Assembly (NCBI GenBank): GCA_009787645.1
Contig: WQSZ01000001.1
Location: 7,145-61,182 of the forward strand
Reading direction: 5' to 3'
Source of the DNA: Candidatus Fibrimonadales bacterium
GTDB lineage: Bacteria > Fibrobacterota > Fibrobacteria > Fibrobacterales > Fibrobacteraceae
Length of the DNA: 54,038 nucleotides
Position numbers and translations under genes: made by a program. Under the pieces are notes generated by a model. It made no database searches and was not told where the DNA came from. It was given only the letters and a program-made list of their open reading frames with translations. Below, piece by piece: positions 27,366-37,152 of the stretch. Each line of letters begins with the position of its first letter. The stretch's first letter is position 1.

Positions 27366-28182
27366 AGAAAAAAATCCGAAGCTCTTGGAAGGTTTGGCTG
27401 CAATAAGGCGTTGGGGTAAGAGAAGTAACGATAATATAATTTATGGTTCTGTTGGGGCACAGAATTTTGCGCCATTGCAAAAATGCGATGTTCTGGTGGC
27501 CATTGGTGGAGACGGCACTGTTCTTTCTGCGGCACGCATAGCTTGCGGCAAAGAGATTCCCATAATCGGCATAAATGCAGGGCGCATAGGTTTTTTGGCG
27601 GAATACAAGTTAGAAGATATACCGACTGTTTTGGATGCTCTTTCAAGCGGAACTTTCAGCACTCAGGATCGCATTATGCTGGACTGCAGTGTTTATTTCG
27701 GCCGCAAGAAAATTTTGAACAGAATAGTGTTGAATGAGCTTTTTTTGCATTCCCATGCGCCGGAAAAAATGGTAAACTTAGAGGTTAAGGTAAACGATAA
27801 ATTTTTAACCGAATACTGGGCAGACAGCCTGATGATCGCTACGCCCACGGGCAGCACCGCTTACAGTCTTTCGGCTGGCGGCCCCATAATTTACCCATCG
27901 GCAGAGGCTTTTGTTTTAAATCCGGTTAATCCCATGAGTCTTTCGGTAAGGCCCATAATCATTCCATCATCATCTGTTTGCAAAATAAAATGCATTCCGG
28001 GCAACACCGCAGAAATGGTTTTTGACGGTCATTTCAAAGAGACTCTAAAGCAAGATTCCGAGCTCGTAATTCGCCGCAGTCGTTCAGTGACTCGTTTCGC
28101 CCACATCGGAGAAGGCGGAGAATCCGGCTTTGTTCAAGCATTGAGAGAAAAATTAGGCTGGACAGGGAAGATGAAAGTGTAG
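27340..28182 (+). CDS. nadK: NAD kinase
   Basis: 280 aa with VLVAIGGDGTVL, NELFL and TPTGSTAYSLSAGGPII. Confidence 0.92.
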   Translation: MKIGIVSRKEKNPKLLEGLAAIRRWGKRSNDNIIYGSVGAQNFAPLQKCDVLVAIGGDGTVLSAARIACGKEIPIIGINAGRIGFLAEYKLEDIPTVLDALSSGTFSTQDRIMLDCSVYFGRKKILNRIVLNELFLHSHAPEKMVNLEVKVNDKFLTEYWADSLMIATPTGSTAYSLSAGGPIIYPSAEAFVLNPVNPMSLSVRPIIIPSSSVCKIKCIPGNTAEMVFDGHFKETLKQDSELVIRRSRSVTRFAHIGEGGESGFVQALREKLGWTGKMKV

Positions 28183-28190
28183 GCTTATAA

Positions 28191-29039
28191 CCGAAACTTT
28201 TTTGTATATTATCATCCGAACTTTCAACATACATTGCCGGTCGTTATATTGAGTTTCAGATAAGAACCCTTTCTTTTGCGGAGTTCAGAGAATTCAACGG
28301 CAAAACTTCTGTGGAAGAAGACTTTAAGTCTTACTTGCGTAAAGGAGGGTTCCCTGTAGTTAATGTTTATCCGTATAGTGAAATGGAACGAGATAAAATT
28401 ATATTTGATATTTATAATTCGGCAATCTTAAGGGATGTTATTCAAAGAAATAATATCCGCAATGTTGAGTTGTTAGACAGAATATCCAAATTTATATTTG
28501 ATAATTTGGGCAATTTGTTCTCGGCAAAAAAAATTGCGGATTATTTTAGAAGCCAAAACAGAAGCGTTGATGTTGAAACCGTTTACAACTACTTAAGTGC
28601 GCTTGAAAAAGCTTTTGTTGTGAAAAAAGTACCGCGCTTTGATGTTAAGGGGAAAGAAGTGCTAAAAACGCAAGAGAAGTATTTTGTCGGTGATCATTCG
28701 CTTGTGTATGCAATTATGGGTTATAAAGACAGGTTTATTTCCGGCGTTTTGGAAAACATTGCTATGCAAGAAATGGAGAGGCGTGGCTACAAGGTTTATG
28801 TTGGAAAATTGAATGGCTCGGAGATAGATTTTATCGGCGAAAAACAGAACAAAAAGATTTATCTGCAAGTGTGTTATCATTTGAGTTCAAAAGAGACTAT
28901 TGACAGGGAGTTTGCATCATTAGGGCTTGTAGGAGACAATCATCCAAAGTTTGTTATTTCCATGGATTCACTTTTTAAAGATAACATAAATGGCATTGAG
29001 CATAAGTTTATAGGCGATTTTTTGCTGGAAAAGTGGTAG
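28191..29039 (+). pseudogene. 5'-truncated remnant of an AAA_14/DUF4143 ATPase
   Basis: The open frame begins right after the nadK stop. Homology starts mid-protein (ILSSELSTYIAGRYIEFQIRTLSFAEF...) and continues through the DUF4143-like C-terminus. The AAA/P-loop N-terminal part is missing. Confidence 0.6.
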
Positions 29040-29113
<74 letters not shown>

Positions 29114-29139
29114 ATTGAGCCTGATGTGCAGGCCCTATA

Positions 29140-30546
29140 TCACAAGCTCTCGGATCCTAAAAGTAGTAAATAATTTTTGGCGGTATCATCCCAAGATACT
29201 CTTACGGAACTTGCATTTTTTACCAGCTTGGACCACAAGCTCTTTTTCTCACGGAAAATGCTTTCTGCAATGCGAACCTGCTCCAAAATCATATCGGGAG
29301 AAGATTCCGTAGCTACAAAGGAATTCGTCTTTATGAGGGATTCATCTGCATTTGGATCATAAGGTATCGAGTACAAAAATGGCTTTTGCGAACGCCTGTT
29401 TGAAATGTGCAAAGTGCCTGTAGCTGAGGCTTTCAAGAAAAGCGATAAAGACGGCTCACTTGAATCCGTTGACAAAAATACATCTGCGGCAGAGAGCCTC
29501 TGGTAGAGGCTCTCGTCATTTTCAATCAACGGAAGAAGCGCGATTTTATCATGGTGCTTTTCCTGTATGGCGGCAAAGTATGGAAAATTTCTGTTGTTCT
29601 CCGAGATGCCTATTGCCAACTGCAAATCCAAGTTCAACAGATTTGCCAAAATTGTTGATATAACCTGCGCTGTGCTGCCCGAATTGGCATCCAAATGCGC
29701 ATACATCAACATGCCGGAATCTGCCGCCAAGCCAAGCTCGGTTCTTAAACTTTCTTTTTTCTTGCATTTAAATTCCTCAGCGTCATTCGGAAGATTCCAG
29801 CTTGAATAATCCAAGCCGCTCTGAATGCTGTAGAGCTTACCTTTCTGGCTCTCCAAAAAGCCGCGCATGCCGCCCTGCAAATCCGTAGAAAGCAGGTAAG
29901 ACAGGTAGTTTGCGGAAGTAAATATCACTTTGTCGGAATAAAGCATCGCCGCTTTCAACATGCTCACCTTACCCCAGAACTCATAACCGTCAATGTCAAA
30001 ACCCTTTGGGGGGAGCCCTATTATAGGTATGTCATCGGGGCTGCAGTGGTAATCGTAATGTATGTTGTGTGTGGTTAATACCACGGGGATTCCGCCAAAA
30101 AAGTCTTTATATACGGTCTTTGCTATAGCTCCTGCAACGCCGCCCCATTCGTGGACATGGATTGCATCTGGCTTAAAGTCCATCTCTATGCAGCACTTCA
30201 AAGCTGCAGATGCCAAAAAGGAGAAGCGCAGATGGTTGTCGTTATATGTCTTTTCGGTGCCGTTGCCGTATATGCCGCTTCTGCCGAAGTAATTCTCGTA
30301 TTGTATGAACAGGTCATCTTCACAAGTGGTGCATCTAAGCACGGAATATTCTCTATTTCCGAGCTTTTCAATGAATTTTCGCCCGATTTTGCTGTCGCTG
30401 CTGTGAGGAAGTTGTGAAAAATAAGGTGAAAAGCCCAAAACCTTAGCCCCCCATCTGCGGTAGGCTGAGACCAAACTGCCTATAGCCCTAGCCAGAGGGC
30501 TGTCGCTCTCGGCATAGTTTTCTGAGCAAATTACAAGAATCTTCAT
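29140..30546 (-). CDS. Glycogen/starch synthase-like glycosyltransferase (GT5-like)
   Basis: Start taken at ATG 30546 (MKILVICSE...). HVHEWGGVAGAI fits the GlgA fold, but the KTGGL motif position reads DSPLA. Confidence 0.55.
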   Translation of the reverse strand: MKILVICSENYAESDSPLARAIGSLVSAYRRWGAKVLGFSPYFSQLPHSSDSKIGRKFIEKLGNREYSVLRCTTCEDDLFIQYENYFGRSGIYGNGTEKTYNDNHLRFSFLASAALKCCIEMDFKPDAIHVHEWGGVAGAIAKTVYKDFFGGIPVVLTTHNIHYDYHCSPDDIPIIGLPPKGFDIDGYEFWGKVSMLKAAMLYSDKVIFTSANYLSYLLSTDLQGGMRGFLESQKGKLYSIQSGLDYSSWNLPNDAEEFKCKKKESLRTELGLAADSGMLMYAHLDANSGSTAQVISTILANLLNLDLQLAIGISENNRNFPYFAAIQEKHHDKIALLPLIENDESLYQRLSAADVFLSTDSSEPSLSLFLKASATGTLHISNRRSQKPFLYSIPYDPNADESLIKTNSFVATESSPDMILEQVRIAESIFREKKSLWSKLVKNASSVRVSWDDTAKNYLLLLGSESL

Positions 30547-30630
30547 AAAAGTACTCTCATAATGTAAAAAATATTTTATTTTCAAAAAAAAAGAACTATT
30601 TTTATTATAAACAGTATTCCAACTTCAACT

Positions 30631-31698
30631 ATGAGGTCTTTTATGTCCAAAAAATGCGTTTTTTTCTTCTCTTTGGCTGCCCTTCTTTTGGGTTTAGTCG
30701 GTTGTAAGGGTAAAAATGAAAGTAACGGCGACTCCTTTTTAAAAGAAGGCAAATACAGAAACGCCGTTAACTCCTACACTAATGCTCTGAAAAAAGGCAA
30801 GGTATCCAAGGATTTTTACGATAGCTTTGTGATGGCTTATACTCTTTCGGCAAAACAAACATCCAAAAGGAACCCGGGAGACGACATTATTCGCAGTTAT
30901 ATAGAGCAAGTTCACAAATACTTGCCGCAAGCAAAGAAAGCTGCTACTCTAGACTCTGTGGTGGCAGGTCTGGCTGAGATTGGCGTTGCACAGGTTAAAA
31001 GCGGCATTGAATACCAAGTTACCTTGCAGGGCTTTCGTCATTTAGACAGTGCGCTCAGCATTGCAAAGCGAAACAACCTTGACATAAGAGCTGCCCATGC
31101 AGCTCGTCAGGAAGCGGAAAAATCAATTGTCACGCAAGCTATTGAAAATGCGGATGGTGTAAATAGCGACATCGCTGCCGAATATTATCTTTTAGAGGCT
31201 GAGGTGGTGGCTCCCAATAACGAAGATTTGAAAAAAGCTTTGGATAAAATTCGCTTTAAAAATCGCAACACATGGTTGATTTTTGCTGCGGCAGATATAA
31301 CTCCAAGCCCTTTGGTTGATAAATACGGTTATGTGATGTATTTCCCAAGTATTAACTTAACCCCAACAGGTGCAACAGGTGATATTCAAGTTTGGAATTC
31401 TACCGGTAACAACATGCCTTTTGAGCCGAACAAACTCAAAATTGTTTCAAAGACCGGCGAGGCAGTTACTGGCAAATATACAGGTGGTGGGTACTGCGAT
31501 ATTGATTTGGTTGATCAAAAAACCGGAATGTTCAAGCCGACTAAACAATTGTTCAAAGGTTCTGTTGGCGAGTTGCGCTCTGAAAAAAACTGTTATGCTA
31601 AAATTGCATTCACTTATGCGAGAGGTTTTGATCCTGACTATGTGGAATATACAGATTCGTTATCCAATATCGGTCGCAAATATTTCGGGAAAAGATAA
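30631..31698 (+). CDS. Hypothetical lipoprotein
   Basis: 355 aa with lipobox LVGC and a helical TPR-like N-terminal half. TAATG-coupled to the response regulator gene. Confidence 0.45.
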   Translation: MRSFMSKKCVFFFSLAALLLGLVGCKGKNESNGDSFLKEGKYRNAVNSYTNALKKGKVSKDFYDSFVMAYTLSAKQTSKRNPGDDIIRSYIEQVHKYLPQAKKAATLDSVVAGLAEIGVAQVKSGIEYQVTLQGFRHLDSALSIAKRNNLDIRAAHAARQEAEKSIVTQAIENADGVNSDIAAEYYLLEAEVVAPNNEDLKKALDKIRFKNRNTWLIFAAADITPSPLVDKYGYVMYFPSINLTPTGATGDIQVWNSTGNNMPFEPNKLKIVSKTGEAVTGKYTGGGYCDIDLVDQKTGMFKPTKQLFKGSVGELRSEKNCYAKIAFTYARGFDPDYVEYTDSLSNIGRKYFGKR

Positions 31699-32384
31699 TG
31701 CAGTATAAAGTTTTAGTTGTTGAAGACGAAGAGTTCATAAGAGACGGCTTGCAAGAGTGCCTGGAGATGGAAGATTACCAGGTTGCTGTTGCAGGTGATG
31801 GCGATGAGGCTCTGCAAAAAGCGGATGAGTTTTTGCCCCATCTTATTCTTTTAGATGTGATGATGCCCAAGAAAAACGGTTTTGATGTTTGCAGATTGCT
31901 GCGAAAAAAATATCCGTCTCTGGTCATAATTATGCTAACCGCAAAGGGAGAGGAAGCTTCAAAGGTTATGGGTTTGAACATAGGCGCAGACGATTACATA
32001 ACAAAGCCATTTTCAACTTTGGAATTGCTCGCCAGGGTAAACGCTTTTTTCAGAAAGCTCGCCATGCAAATGGAGTCTCTCGCTTTTAGCGGCGAATCTG
32101 CCGAGTTTAACGGCATTAAGCTGGACTTCAAAAAATACGAGGCAACCAAGAATGGAGATGCTTTGGATTTGAATGTTCGTGAGTTTCAAATTCTCAGTCT
32201 GTTTTGCAAACGACGCGGCGAAGTTATATCCAGGGAAGATCTTATTCAGTTGATAGATTCCAGTTCTAACTCCAGAACTATAGATAACTACATAGTGAAG
32301 CTCAGGCAAAAGATAGAAGAAGATCCGGAAAGCCCAAGGCTCATATTGTCCATAAGAGGGATGGGGTATAAGCTGGATGCTTAA
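31698..32384 (+). CDS. OmpR/PhoB-family response regulator
   Basis: 228 aa. Receiver domain (VLVVEDEE, LILLDVMMP, ITKPF) plus a winged-helix C-terminus (IDNYIVKLRQKIE...IRGMGYKL). Confidence 0.9.
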   Translation: MQYKVLVVEDEEFIRDGLQECLEMEDYQVAVAGDGDEALQKADEFLPHLILLDVMMPKKNGFDVCRLLRKKYPSLVIIMLTAKGEEASKVMGLNIGADDYITKPFSTLELLARVNAFFRKLAMQMESLAFSGESAEFNGIKLDFKKYEATKNGDALDLNVREFQILSLFCKRRGEVISREDLIQLIDSSSNSRTIDNYIVKLRQKIEEDPESPRLILSIRGMGYKLDA

Positions 32385-34482
32385 ACGGCTTGCAGTTAGT
32401 TGCTTGTGGCTGGTAGCTATTTGTTCTGCGTCTCCTGTTAATGATAAAATTCAGGAGGCGGCTTATGTATTGAGCATTGATGCCGATACGGCCAGGGCGG
32501 TGCAGTTGTTTGACCATGCGTTGAAACTTCCAAGTGCTTCGGTGCGTGAGAAGTTGAAAGCTCACCTGTATTTGGCTAAAATAGCAGAGGTCAAAAGCGA
32601 TACTTCAAAGGCTCTTGAACATTATGTTTTTTTAAAGAACAATTCGCAAAGCGTTCCGTTTGCATATATGGCGGCTACTCAGGAAAAACTTTTGGGAACT
32701 GCTAATGAAAAAATAAGAATGGCAAATGGAATTCGCAATCGGGATGTGTCTCTTTCGCATACTAAAACCGATGAGCGTTTTGTGAATTGCGAGATGGAAG
32801 GCGAGTTGTATCTTGCGCAGCGTATTGTGTACAAGTGTCCGGACAATTCGTTGCATTTGGTTTCAAAAAAAGACGGAGTAGAAACTTGGAACATTCCTTT
32901 TGCCGATAAACCTGCGAAAGTCTTTTTGACTTTTGACGGATTGTTTCTCTATTGCCAGAACTCGCTTTATTTTTATAGCCTTGGCAATGGCTTGGAATCA
33001 CCGGTAAGAATTTCAACCCTTGATGTGCAGGATGTGCAGGATATAGGAGATAAAATTTATGTTCTCGATATAAGCGGAAACATCAGCCTATTCAATAAAA
33101 ATTCCGGAAAGATTGTTTCCGGTGCAAAAAGCGATGGCGAAAAGTTTTTTAAACCTGGTATAGGACTGATTGGGACATATCAAAAGAACGGCGGCATATC
33201 GGTGTTCGACACGCTGTTAAATAATTTATGGGATTACCAGATAGATGGAGAAATTGACACTGTAGCTGTTAGCGCAGACTCTGTGGTTTTCTTTTTGCAA
33301 AACGGCAGCGCAGAGATTTTATACACCAGGCATTACCAGAAATTGACCGCTTTGGATGATAGCGGCGTGGATTCTTTGCTCTTCTTTGAAAGCGGCAGCG
33401 CACTTGCTTGGTACAATATTGCAACACGGGAAAACAGCGATAGCGCATGGCGGCGAGCAGTTATTTACGGAGCGAGAAAACCTGAATTTTCATCGGTTAT
33501 TTTCCTTGATTATGCACTGCGAATAGGTGCCAAGTGGGTTAAATACATGCCTGTTTCTTCTGCAATATCTTACCCGAAAATGTTCAGCGAGGCGAATTGG
33601 CTTTTTGTTTATGATGACGGTTCTCAAAGTCTATTGAAATTCTCTTTGGAAACCGGCAATGCAGGCGGCGAAGTATCCCTTCCGAAAGAGAAGAAATATA
33701 CTTTGGCAAATGATTACCCTCCCTGGCTTATTCTGAGCTCTGGGTACTGGCTCTCGCAGTTTTCGCTTAGGGAGCAAAATAGTCTTTCCATTGAAATGCC
33801 CGGTGTGCCTTTTTCTTATTTACGCAATAAAGATTCTATTTATGTAGGGCTTTGGAATGGTTTTGTATTGAAATATTTTACGCCGAAAATGCGTTTGGAC
33901 TGGTCTCGCAAGGTAAGTTCCGCCCAGGTGTTTTTGACCATAGGCAATATGGGTGTATATTCTCTTTCGCAGGGCAGGGTAACATTGCTTTCTTCCGAAA
34001 AGGCAGATAATGTGTTTAATTTGGATTTAAGCGGCCCTGTTAGTGATTTTAAATTTAAAAACGGTTTATTTGCAGTGGTTTTAGAAGGTGGTAAAATCCA
34101 GATTTTTTCCGAGGCAGAGCAATTTAAGCTTTTGGGGACGTTTTCGGCCAGCTCACCTGTTATCTCAATAGAATTGCTTGAAATGAGCGGGAAAACTTAT
34201 GCGCTTGTGGGTGAGGCTAATCAGAATCTATCTCTTTATGAAATTCCCAGTGCCGTTCATGTTTGGACTTTTAAAAGCAAGGGCTCGGCTGCTATGCAAT
34301 CTATTCTGCATGGCCAGCATGTATGGCTTGACCAAGATGGTTCTGTTGTTGGTTTAGACATAAAAACCGGTAAAGAGGTCAAAAAATATCCTATTTTCGG
34401 CAATGGAGCGTCAATTAGTATCCAAGGAAACACTCTTTATTGCGCCACTCCGGAGAAGCTGCTGTATGCATTTCCATTGTAA
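32377..34482 (+). CDS. Secreted protein with TPR-like N-terminus and PQQ/BamB-like beta-propeller repeats
   Basis: 701 aa with a signal peptide (LAVSCLWLVAICSA). Repeated motifs of the form 'IYVLDISGNISLFNKNSGKIV' occur. Overlaps the response regulator gene by 8 nt. Confidence 0.45.
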   Translation: MLKRLAVSCLWLVAICSASPVNDKIQEAAYVLSIDADTARAVQLFDHALKLPSASVREKLKAHLYLAKIAEVKSDTSKALEHYVFLKNNSQSVPFAYMAATQEKLLGTANEKIRMANGIRNRDVSLSHTKTDERFVNCEMEGELYLAQRIVYKCPDNSLHLVSKKDGVETWNIPFADKPAKVFLTFDGLFLYCQNSLYFYSLGNGLESPVRISTLDVQDVQDIGDKIYVLDISGNISLFNKNSGKIVSGAKSDGEKFFKPGIGLIGTYQKNGGISVFDTLLNNLWDYQIDGEIDTVAVSADSVVFFLQNGSAEILYTRHYQKLTALDDSGVDSLLFFESGSALAWYNIATRENSDSAWRRAVIYGARKPEFSSVIFLDYALRIGAKWVKYMPVSSAISYPKMFSEANWLFVYDDGSQSLLKFSLETGNAGGEVSLPKEKKYTLANDYPPWLILSSGYWLSQFSLREQNSLSIEMPGVPFSYLRNKDSIYVGLWNGFVLKYFTPKMRLDWSRKVSSAQVFLTIGNMGVYSLSQGRVTLLSSEKADNVFNLDLSGPVSDFKFKNGLFAVVLEGGKIQIFSEAEQFKLLGTFSASSPVISIELLEMSGKTYALVGEANQNLSLYEIPSAVHVWTFKSKGSAAMQSILHGQHVWLDQDGSVVGLDIKTGKEVKKYPIFGNGASISIQGNTLYCATPEKLLYAFPL

Positions 34483-34594
34483 AGCACTGTAAAGCGGAAA
34501 GATAGGGATTTATTTAAAAAAAAGCTGAAATACCCTTGCATTTTGCCGTAAAAAAAACTAAATTTGTATAGGAATTCCATATTAAGGAGATATT

Positions 34595-34891
34595 ATGAAA
34601 AAACCCGATCTGGTTGAAAAGGTAAAAGACCTCGCTGGTCTTGAAAGCAAAGCTGCTGCTGAACGTTCAGTTAACGCTGTTCTGGAAGCTATTGAAGCTG
34701 GTTTGCAAAAAGATGGCGAAGTTCAGTTGATTGGCTTTGGCACATTTAGAGTCAAAGACCGCCCGGCTCGTGAAGGCCGCAATGTTAAAACAGGCGAAAA
34801 GATTAAAATCAAAGCCTCTAAGACAGTTGCCTTCAAAGTTGGCGCAGCTCTGAAAGCTAATGCTACAAAGAAAGGCGGCAAAAAGAAATAA
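34595..34891 (+). CDS. hup: HU family DNA-binding protein with Lys-rich tail
   Basis: 98 aa with LIGFGTFRVKDRPAREGRNVKTGEKIKIKASKTVAFK. The RBS AAGGAG lies upstream. Confidence 0.92.
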   Translation: MKKPDLVEKVKDLAGLESKAAAERSVNAVLEAIEAGLQKDGEVQLIGFGTFRVKDRPAREGRNVKTGEKIKIKASKTVAFKVGAALKANATKKGGKKK

Positions 34892-34910
34892 TTTCTTTTA
34901 GCTGTTTTGC

Positions 34911-34949
34911 ACGACAGGGTTGCGTAAGTAGCTCTGTCGTTTTTGTTTT
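34911..34949 (+). terminator. Intrinsic terminator after the HU gene
   Basis: Stem acgacagg / ctctgtcgt followed by TTTTTGTTTT. Confidence 0.7.
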
Positions 34950-34971
34950 AGGCACAACACACGCATTAAAG

Positions 34972-35000
34972 TTGACAAGGTTGATTTTTTTTTCTATATT
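34972..35000 (+). promoter_or_regulatory. Sigma-70-type promoter for the 35057-38359 operon
   Basis: TTGACA (34972-34977), a 17-nt spacer, then TATATT (34995-35000). The RBS AAGGAGG lies at 35045-35051 before the ATG at 35057. Confidence 0.6.
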
Positions 35001-35056
35001 TACGCCGGAACTGAGAGGGAGCGCTTTATTATATAACAGCCAGCAAGGAGGTATTT

Positions 35057-35818
35057 ATGCGTATTTACGCATTTGTGCTTGTTATTATATTCACCGCAGC
35101 TCTTTCTCACGGCCGGAACTTCGCTTCCATCCGCAAAGACGCTTTTACAGTAGGCGTTAGCAAAAGCGACTCCGCCGCAGAATGTGATTTCATAGCAGAC
35201 ATCACGGCAAAGATGAAAATCCCACGCTTTAGGCTGGTGGTTTTTGAAAATTCAAACGCCGCACAAAAACTCCTCTTAGAAGGCAAAATAGATGCCATGA
35301 TCTCAAAAATAACCCATTCCCAACGCTTGGAAGCGAGTTTCTTAGTCTCAGCCCCCTACGCAAAAACAGAAATAGCCGTAGCCATCTTGGCAAAAAACAG
35401 CGAAATCTGGACCTTGGCAGACTTAAACGGCAAAGGCATAGCCTTCATTCCAAAAGAAATCTCCGGCGAACAAATCAAAGAATTCTGGCAAAACTCAAAA
35501 CCGATAGCTGCTCCAACTCTAAGAGAAGCCATAAAGCTCCTGCAAAAAGGCGAAGCCTCCGCCATAATAGCAAACAAAGAAACATTAAAAGAACCAGCCC
35601 TAAAAATCTTCCCAAACACCCTAGCAGAAAACAACACAGTAGCCCTATTCGCCCCCAAATCCCAAACCCTGCAAGAAGAATTCAACAAAGCATTAAACGC
35701 ATTAAACACAAAAAATTCTGAAAATCCTGTAAATTCTGAGAATTCTGGTTCAGACAGAAGAGAAAGAATTTTGCAACTGCTCAACGAACTCCAAAAAGAG
35801 ATCAAGGAGCTTAAATGA
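35057..35818 (+). CDS. Periplasmic SBP_bac_3-like (amino-acid-binding / MltF N-domain-like) protein with C-terminal coiled coil
   Basis: 253 aa with a signal peptide (FVLVIIFTAALSHG). Matches the family in LLLEGKIDAMISKITHSQRLEASFLVSAPY and LADLNGKGIAFIP. ATGA-coupled to the next gene. Confidence 0.65.
   Translation: MRIYAFVLVIIFTAALSHGRNFASIRKDAFTVGVSKSDSAAECDFIADITAKMKIPRFRLVVFENSNAAQKLLLEGKIDAMISKITHSQRLEASFLVSAPYAKTEIAVAILAKNSEIWTLADLNGKGIAFIPKEISGEQIKEFWQNSKPIAAPTLREAIKLLQKGEASAIIANKETLKEPALKIFPNTLAENNTVALFAPKSQTLQEEFNKALNALNTKNSENPVNSENSGSDRRERILQLLNELQKEIKELK
35710..35756 (+). repeat. Copy A of a 47-nt imperfect direct repeat, made of four 9-nt tandem units (AAATTCTGN)
   Basis: The sequence is aaaaaattctgaaaatcctgtaaattctgagaattctggttcagaca, located in the 3' part of the SBP-like gene where it encodes NSENPVNSENSGSD. 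Confidence 0.8.
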
Positions 35819-37152
35819 CAGACTTTTATGCGCAGGAATTAAAAACTTTGCAAACCCTGAAAAAAGATTTTGACAGCGTTTATCAAAATGCCGAATTGAA
35901 TTTTGACACCGAGCAATTATTGGCTGGGCTTGCCTCTTTAACCGCTAGAATTCGCCGTGAAATGGCGGAAACAGAAAACGAGATAGCCAGAGATTTTGTG
36001 GACAGCGTTGCCCCTGAAATGCTTTTGCCACGACCTGCCCGCTGCCTTGTGGAGATAATTCCTTCGCCAAGCGATAACCTAGAAAGAGAAATTCCAGATG
36101 GTTCATTGCTCTATTCCAAAAGCAAAAGGGAAAAGCCGTTTTTTTGGCGAGTGATTGGCGAACACAAATTGAATCCTCTGCAAAAAATAATTTCTGTTAA
36201 AGCTTTTGAAGATTGCCTTGAATTTGAAACCACAGGAAGCGGCCCTTGGATTATTTACATAAACGGAGGCTGGGATTTATGGCATTTTATGCTGGAGCAC
36301 GCAAAGCCTTATATCATGGCAAAGCCGCAGAATCCTTGGGAATTGTGCAGAGACTTTTTTTGCTTTGAAGAAAAATTCAAATATATTTACATGGAAAATT
36401 TACCGCCAAAACTGAGATTTTCAAAGAATATTCCCGCAAAAGTTAGCGCAGAAAATTTTAAGCTCAAAGTTTTGCCAATAGAAAATTCTTTTGAACAAAA
36501 TCTGGAGCCAGTGCTGTTGGAAAGCGGCGCATTTGAAGCAAAAATTTTTCCAAACGAAGAACGGCAAATTATTCTGCATTTAAAAGATGTGTTAGCCGGA
36601 AATGCCAAAAGAGCGAATTTCAAGGAGATTCAGTATCGCTATGATTCAAATAGAATTCGCTTTGAGAGCTTAGATGCAGATATGCTTTCCATAGCAGCGA
36701 TTGTTTGCGATGGAAATGCTGCTGCTTTGGAGGCGTTGCAGGCAAAAAACTCTACAATGCAGATGTGCGAAGTGCGCCCTGTGATCGATATGCTGCCGTT
36801 TTTGCCATGTTCCCAGTCAGCGGAATGGGAGATTTTGGGGCTTTTGCAAAGGAATTATCTGCGTTTTTTTGAAAACGATGCATTGAAAAATGCGCTGAGC
36901 ATGTTTGACACTCGTTCTTATATTGTGCAAAGCATAAAAAGTGTTTCTTTGGAGCATAAAAACGCTGTGTATAAGAATTGCCTGGTTCCATTGGCGTGCG
37001 TGAAAATAGTTCTGTCATTGGAATATGCGTCTGTTCTGCATGCTTTTGGCGAAATGCTTTATGAGTTGTTCAAGAAAATTTTTGTTTGCAATATGCTGGT
37101 AGAGCTTATTTTGCGCATTGAACCTTACGGAATGGAGCTGAAATGGGGATAA
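35815..37152 (+). CDS. tssF: TssF-like (T6SS baseplate wedge) protein, shortened
   Basis: 445 aa. The N-terminus FYAQELKTLQTLKKDFD...EQLLAGLASLTARIRREM...LLPRPARCLVEIIP parallels the TssF pattern YYxxELxYLRExxxEFA..ERLLEGFAFLxARxxxKLD..LxPxPSxxxVxF. The C-terminus WEILGLLQRNYLRF...LEYASVLHAFGEMLYELFKKIF..ELKW parallels the TssF C-terminal block. Confidence 0.65.
   Translation: MTDFYAQELKTLQTLKKDFDSVYQNAELNFDTEQLLAGLASLTARIRREMAETENEIARDFVDSVAPEMLLPRPARCLVEIIPSPSDNLEREIPDGSLLYSKSKREKPFFWRVIGEHKLNPLQKIISVKAFEDCLEFETTGSGPWIIYINGGWDLWHFMLEHAKPYIMAKPQNPWELCRDFFCFEEKFKYIYMENLPPKLRFSKNIPAKVSAENFKLKVLPIENSFEQNLEPVLLESGAFEAKIFPNEERQIILHLKDVLAGNAKRANFKEIQYRYDSNRIRFESLDADMLSIAAIVCDGNAAALEALQAKNSTMQMCEVRPVIDMLPFLPCSQSAEWEILGLLQRNYLRFFENDALKNALSMFDTRSYIVQSIKSVSLEHKNAVYKNCLVPLACVKIVLSLEYASVLHAFGEMLYELFKKIFVCNMLVELILRIEPYGMELKWG

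Noticed and set aside
34483-34594. Promoter upstream of the HU gene: either TTGCAT-17-TAAATT or a Bacteroidota-type TAnnTTTG (TAAATTTG).
   Set aside because: Both readings are possible, but the TTTG/-33 spacing does not fit the Bacteroidota model and the -10 is weak. Support is too thin to list it as a feature.
34972-35160. 62-aa ORF starting at TTG 34972.
   Set aside because: Its TTG start is the -35 hexamer of the predicted promoter, and it overlaps the well-supported SBP-like gene, which has a strong RBS.
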